A stretch of 63,769 nucleotides of DNA, counting the filler, from Hyphochytrium catenoides (taxonomy: Eukaryota > Protista > Hyphochytriomycota), in the NCBI GenBank assembly GCA_900088475.1. It is 16 parts of 16 records of this genome, joined end to end, with 100 filler letters (N's around TTAATTAATTAA, not from the genome) between each part and the next. Parts side by side here need not be neighbours in the genome. Positions count along the whole stretch, not along the records: positions 55,874 to 61,818 come from FLMG01003837.1; positions 61,919 to 63,769 come from FLMG01003431.1; 14 more parts are not named here. One strand, given 5' to 3'. Under the pieces are notes generated by a model. That model was given only the letters and a program-made list of their open reading frames with translations, ran no database searches and had not been told where the DNA came from. Numbering within the stretch: position 1 is the stretch's first letter; each line of letters begins with the position of its first letter. This document shows, in pieces, positions 59,737 to 63,769 of the stretch. Made by a program: the position numbers and the translations under genes.

Positions 59737-61143
59737 GGTCACTGGGCCCACGTTACCCATTCTTCGAACATGGACAGCGGCAAGGTCATGCCGACAACCA
59801 AGAACGCCTTTGCTCTAGCAAAGCTTGACTTCGACAACTATCGGGATTGGGCATACGAGATGGAGTATCTTCTCCGCCGAGAGAACTGCTGGAAAGTTTT
59901 CCAAGATGAGGTGAAAGCTATTGACAGCGGCAAGTCTTTTACCTATGACAAGGGATTCGAAGACTTAACGGAGAAGGCACTAGCCATACATCTGTATGTC
60001 CATAGGAAAGGCTTAGAGGGTTCATGTTACAGGAGTGAACCACCCCTGGTCGGGCATGGGTCAACCTGAGGGATGTCTTCAAAAAGAAGGGTCACGATGA
60101 CCCAGAGGTCTTGAAGATGAAGTTCCTGTCACTTCAGCTCTCAGAGGGAGGATTAGTCAAGGAGCATCTGGGGGACTTGATGGATCTGAAGAACAGACTG
60201 GACGAGGCGCCCTACAAGATTGGAGAAGAGGACTTTGTACTGCGGATCTTCAATAGCTTACCTAAAAGCTATGACAGCTTTGTCTTGTCCATGAGGTGTC
60301 TTCCCAATCGGCAGAAGGTGCTGACGGCCAACATGGTTATGGCAACACTATTGGAAGAAGCCGACAGGAGAGAGCGAAGGGACAGACTGAATGCTACCTA
60401 CTCAAGTCCTGGAGGAGGACAAGGATCCAACAAGCAAACGAGACCACCGGTGGCATTCCAAGCGGGCACCGGTAGCCAGCAGGAAGAGGAGACTACTCCT
60501 GGACCCAGGAATCCCCCGGGCAAGAAGAGAGGAGAGTTCAAGGGACGGTGCTACAACTGTAAGCAGCACGGTCACCGAGCGAGAGACTGCAAGGCACCAC
60601 CCAGTGGTGACAAAGAGAAGAAGAAGCCGCATGCCAACAGCGCTGCTGAGGTGGGTAAAGAACACCTGGCCTTCACCGCCAAGACGGTTGCTAGTCAGGA
60701 CCAGACCTCACACTGGATCATTGACAGTGGTGCATCCAGCCATATGTGCTGCCGCAAGGACTGGTTGACTTCGTACAAGGCCATCAACCAGACGGTTAGG
60801 TAGCAGACGAGCGGGAAGTGGCAGCATTGGGGATTGGCACGGTCACTCTCGTGCTCAGTGAAAAGGGCAAGAAGCAACAGATGGAGCTTCGGAAGGTCTT
60901 GTATGTGAATGAGCTCAAGAAAAACTTGTTCAGCGTCTCTGCCGCCACAGCCACCAGTGGCATGAACTTCGAGTTCTCCTCTAACAGCTTCATTGCCCGG
61001 AAGAGGGAGGGCAAGAAGAAGGCCATGGAGATTGTGGTGGACAAGCCGCCGGATGGAATGACAGTTCTGTGATTGTTGCAGTATCACAGTTCTGTGGGGA
61101 ATCTAGACAATTGGAAGTTGGCAATTCTCTAGATTCAGGGGGG
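59737..61143 (+). mobile_element. Ty1/copia gag-protease with PBS-like site and PPT; integrase and RT absent; frameshifted
   Basis: GGTCACTGGGCCCA resembles the half-tRNAiMet PBS GGTTATGGGCCCA. KLDFDNYRDWAYEM, NSLPKSYDSFV (UBN2-like), CYNCKQHGHRARDC, WIIDSGASSHM, VLYVNELKKNLFSV; AGGGGGG PPT then TGTTG at 61144. Confidence 0.88.
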
Positions 61144-61497
61144 TGTTGAGAACTGTGATATGTTCGCAGTTGTTGATGGATTTGTATGGGATGATTGGAC
61201 AATGTCATTAGATGAGAGTGCTCTACTTATAAGCCCAACTGGGGCCCCATAAACGAGAGCTATTCTGACTATGCCAACTATTCCGAATAAACCCTAAGAT
61301 ATTCAATCATAGAGATATCCCTGTCTAGAATAGTCAGTCCTGGAGGTATCCTGGGGTACTGACCATAAGCCATAGATATAAACAGGGACATTTCCTTTAC
61401 TTCATATCTCGGCTTCTACTGGAAGTTTAGAGCTGAAACTTTGGTAGTTAAGCTTGCCAGCTTGTAGGCCACATAGCTGTGCCCTCAGACCCCAACA
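61144..61497. mobile_element. LTR-like segment bounded by TGTTG...CAACA
   Basis: 5-bp terminal inverted repeats with purine tracts abutting both ends, one on each strand. Confidence 0.55.
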
Positions 61498-61642
61498 CCT
61501 CCCCGCAGCTCGAACTCCCTCTTGTGAGGGGTCGAAGCTGACCATTCAACAGTTGTACTGCGCTGTACAATGAATGTGCAGTGGTCAAAGAGGCTAACGG
61601 TCAGTCCTGGTACATGTAAACAGATAGGTTTACAGTGAAATA

Positions 61643-61721
61643 GGGCATGTGGTGTAATATCCTAGTGGTAGCACGCCTCGTGATCACCTGGAGGTTCGTG
61701 GTTCGAATCCCGGCTTGTCCA
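61643..61721 (+). tRNA. tRNA-Ala-derived pseudogene or tRNA-like Pol III element
   Basis: Acceptor stem GGGCATG/CTTGTCC-A with G3:U70 and A73; D stem GTGT/GCAC; B box GGTTCGAATCC; T-rich 3' flank. The anticodon arm is disrupted and the D loop is enlarged. Confidence 0.65.
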
Positions 61722-61939
61722 TTTATTTACTTGTAAACATCTGTCCAAACCTTACCCATAAAGAGAGCTCGCTGTGTTGAGAGCAGAAGCTGACAAGAGC
61801 TCTAAAAGGCTCACAGTTNNNNNNNNNNNNNNNNNNNNNNNNNNNNNNNNNNNNNNNNNNNNTTAATTAATTAANNNNNNNNNNNNNNNNNNNNNNNNNN
61901 NNNNNNNNNNNNNNNNNNCCTCATGCTCTATCTCTCTAA

Positions 61940-63769
61940 CATCTGTGCGGCCCAACTCCTCGTATAAGTCCCCGCTCCCTTCGTCTGTGAGGTTGACCAC
62001 GATGCAACGAACGGTGTCCTCACGCTCCCGAAGGTACTACAGGCACAACCATCAAGCATAAGCTTACGACAGTGACAAAACTTGTGCGACTTGGTGCGCA
62101 GAGCTGGAGTTACTCTGACACCAGGGAAAAAGAAGCGCGTAGCTAAGGAACAAGAAGACCACGCAAGGCATCAATAAAGACAAGAGAAATATAATGGAAT
62201 AGGTGAAGTGGGCCTCTGAAGCGCAAACGACTCTCACGCTTGCTTAAGGCGACATGTAAGCATGGCCGCATAGTTGTCGGAGTGAAGCAAAACGCGCAGG
62301 AGATTCAGAAACAGAACGAACCTCCTTTACTGGCTCTGCGACGGCTTGGAGTATGATACCAGTAGGGTCTAATACACGCAATGACTAGGCAACAGACATG
62401 TCAGTCAGACGCAAATTTACACTTAGCCGGAGTCAAGCGCTAGCCTTCGCAAGGAGGTGTTCCGAGATTATTGAGAAAGCAAGGCTGGGGCACATTGAAT
62501 TTCACTGACCAAAAAAAGGCAATGCGAGTAGGCAGAACGTAAAGAATCGTGGGTACAGTGAGGGATGGCAGCCCGGACCTTGATCATAGCGACATAGACG
62601 TCAATGATCTGCTCGGTGTTAGCTCCAGGATGAAGCAGCCGTCTTGCTAGAGTTGTCCTCAGACTCGCAATTAGCTCGTTTTGCCGGCAGGTCCGCGCTA
62701 GGCACTGCCGTAAGTCAACGAGTGCCTCCATGCTAAGTGGTGAGACAAAGCGTAAGACACGCAAAGAGAGGAAATGAAAAGATACGGTTAACAGAGAAAG
62801 AGAGAGCACCCCAATTGGACTTAGATGTTCCCTCTCTCATGCCCTTGACCGCGATATTAGCTCTTTACAGTGTTTACGGCACTAGTGATACGTTTATCAA
62901 TGTACACCGGACTACTCCCTTTCCAGAAGCCGACCTCTCTTCATCGTCCATCTCTCCCTTCTGTACCTGTCTGGGAAGTCTGTGATAATCTCGAAAATCT
63001 CTTTGATCCTCAGATCCGCCAAAGACTGCCGATGCCAAGATGTAACGTTAGTTTTCTTCATATCGCTAAGGCCTACGAACAGCAAAAAAAAGCACAAAAG
63101 ATGACTCCGCCTTGGGCCCTGACCTCATATACGTGGAACTCAAGGCGAGACGTCCATTGCGAGAGCAGGGAAGCGCTATCTGTTTGGCTCATCTCCTCGG
63201 CACCTTCCATTGGGGAGACAGATAGGAGTTCCCTCATCCACGGCTGCAGGGAAGCTGAAATCTTCTCGTTTACTCTTTCAATGCCCGAAATATCATACTG
63301 TCCGGCACACGATGTCCGAACCTCCGCATCAATCTATGACAGAGAGCTATTTAGCTGCACTTGCACTTGCTCATCACGATTGTGCATATGTGAGGTATCA
63401 AGGGACAGCGACAGCTCTTGCAGGGAGATAAACGCTATAATCACATTCGTCCTCTCCCACTTTCTCTATCCGCTCGGTACTCTCTATTCTTCGCCTCACC
63501 TCTTCGTACAGAATTTCTGCAAAAATGCCTTCAAAAAGCTGAGTCCATCGTAACAAGGCAAGATTGGCGGCCACTTCTCTGGTAGAGACAAAGTAGGACT
63601 ATGAAAGACGATAGGCAATGGATGATAGTACTTAGGATGTGTGTCCCAGTGTAGGAGGATGATCGTTTGGTGTATTACCCCGCCGCTGTCGTCTCTTTCA
63701 TCTTCCTCTTCCATATCAACGCGTCCCTCCCTACGGAAGTTCCTGAGGAGCCCTGAGACGAATGACTTG
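61940..63769 (-). CDS. ANAPC2: Anaphase-promoting complex subunit 2 (internal exons)
   Basis: LADLRIKEIFEIITDFPD / EALVDLRQCL...RRLLHPGANTEQIIDVYVAMIK / SLRVLDPTGIILQAVAEPVKE / YLREREDTVRCIVVNLTD. Confidence 0.9.

Noticed and set aside
60795-60810. Programmed frameshift or readthrough after the copia protease motif
   Set aside because: The break falls inside the protease, and other indels occur in gag (~59990, ~60060), so decay or sequencing error is more likely.
1-63769. Fanzor/TnpB, CRISPR arrays, viral or polinton genes, altered genetic code
   Set aside because: No RuvC, capsid, repeat-spacer or in-frame stop pattern seen in conserved genes; the standard code fits all of them.

Overview
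Eukaryotic draft-assembly window (protist-like; the eIF5 N-terminus and APC2 motifs look stramenopile-like, low confidence). It consists of about 16 short contigs joined by artificial 100-nt linkers (N-run, TTAATTAATTAA, N-run), so gene order across linkers has no biological meaning. Most listed ORFs are artefacts of (CT)n/(AG)n microsatellites. Spliced genes I could reconstruct: a KH-domain protein fragment, an AMPK-beta-type CBM48 + PFK-2/FBPase-2 fusion with a degenerate kinase site, a mucin-like single-TM WW protein, AP-4 sigma, a DUF1624/HGSNAT-like acyltransferase, beta-adaptin exon 1, a bacterial-type Cache-HAMP class III cyclase with guanylyl-cyclase-like specificity residues, a 7TM(-RGS-like) fragment and APC2. 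Intronless genes: an M28 leucine aminopeptidase and eIF5. Mobile DNA: an intact hAT transposon, REL-type non-LTR 3' ends, and a nest of Ty1/copia fragments around a tRNA-Ala-like Pol III element. I found no convincing multi-gene novel system. The best leads are the cyclase, the CBM48-pseudokinase-FBPase-2, the tRNA-like element with its LTR nest, and the hAT insertion site.
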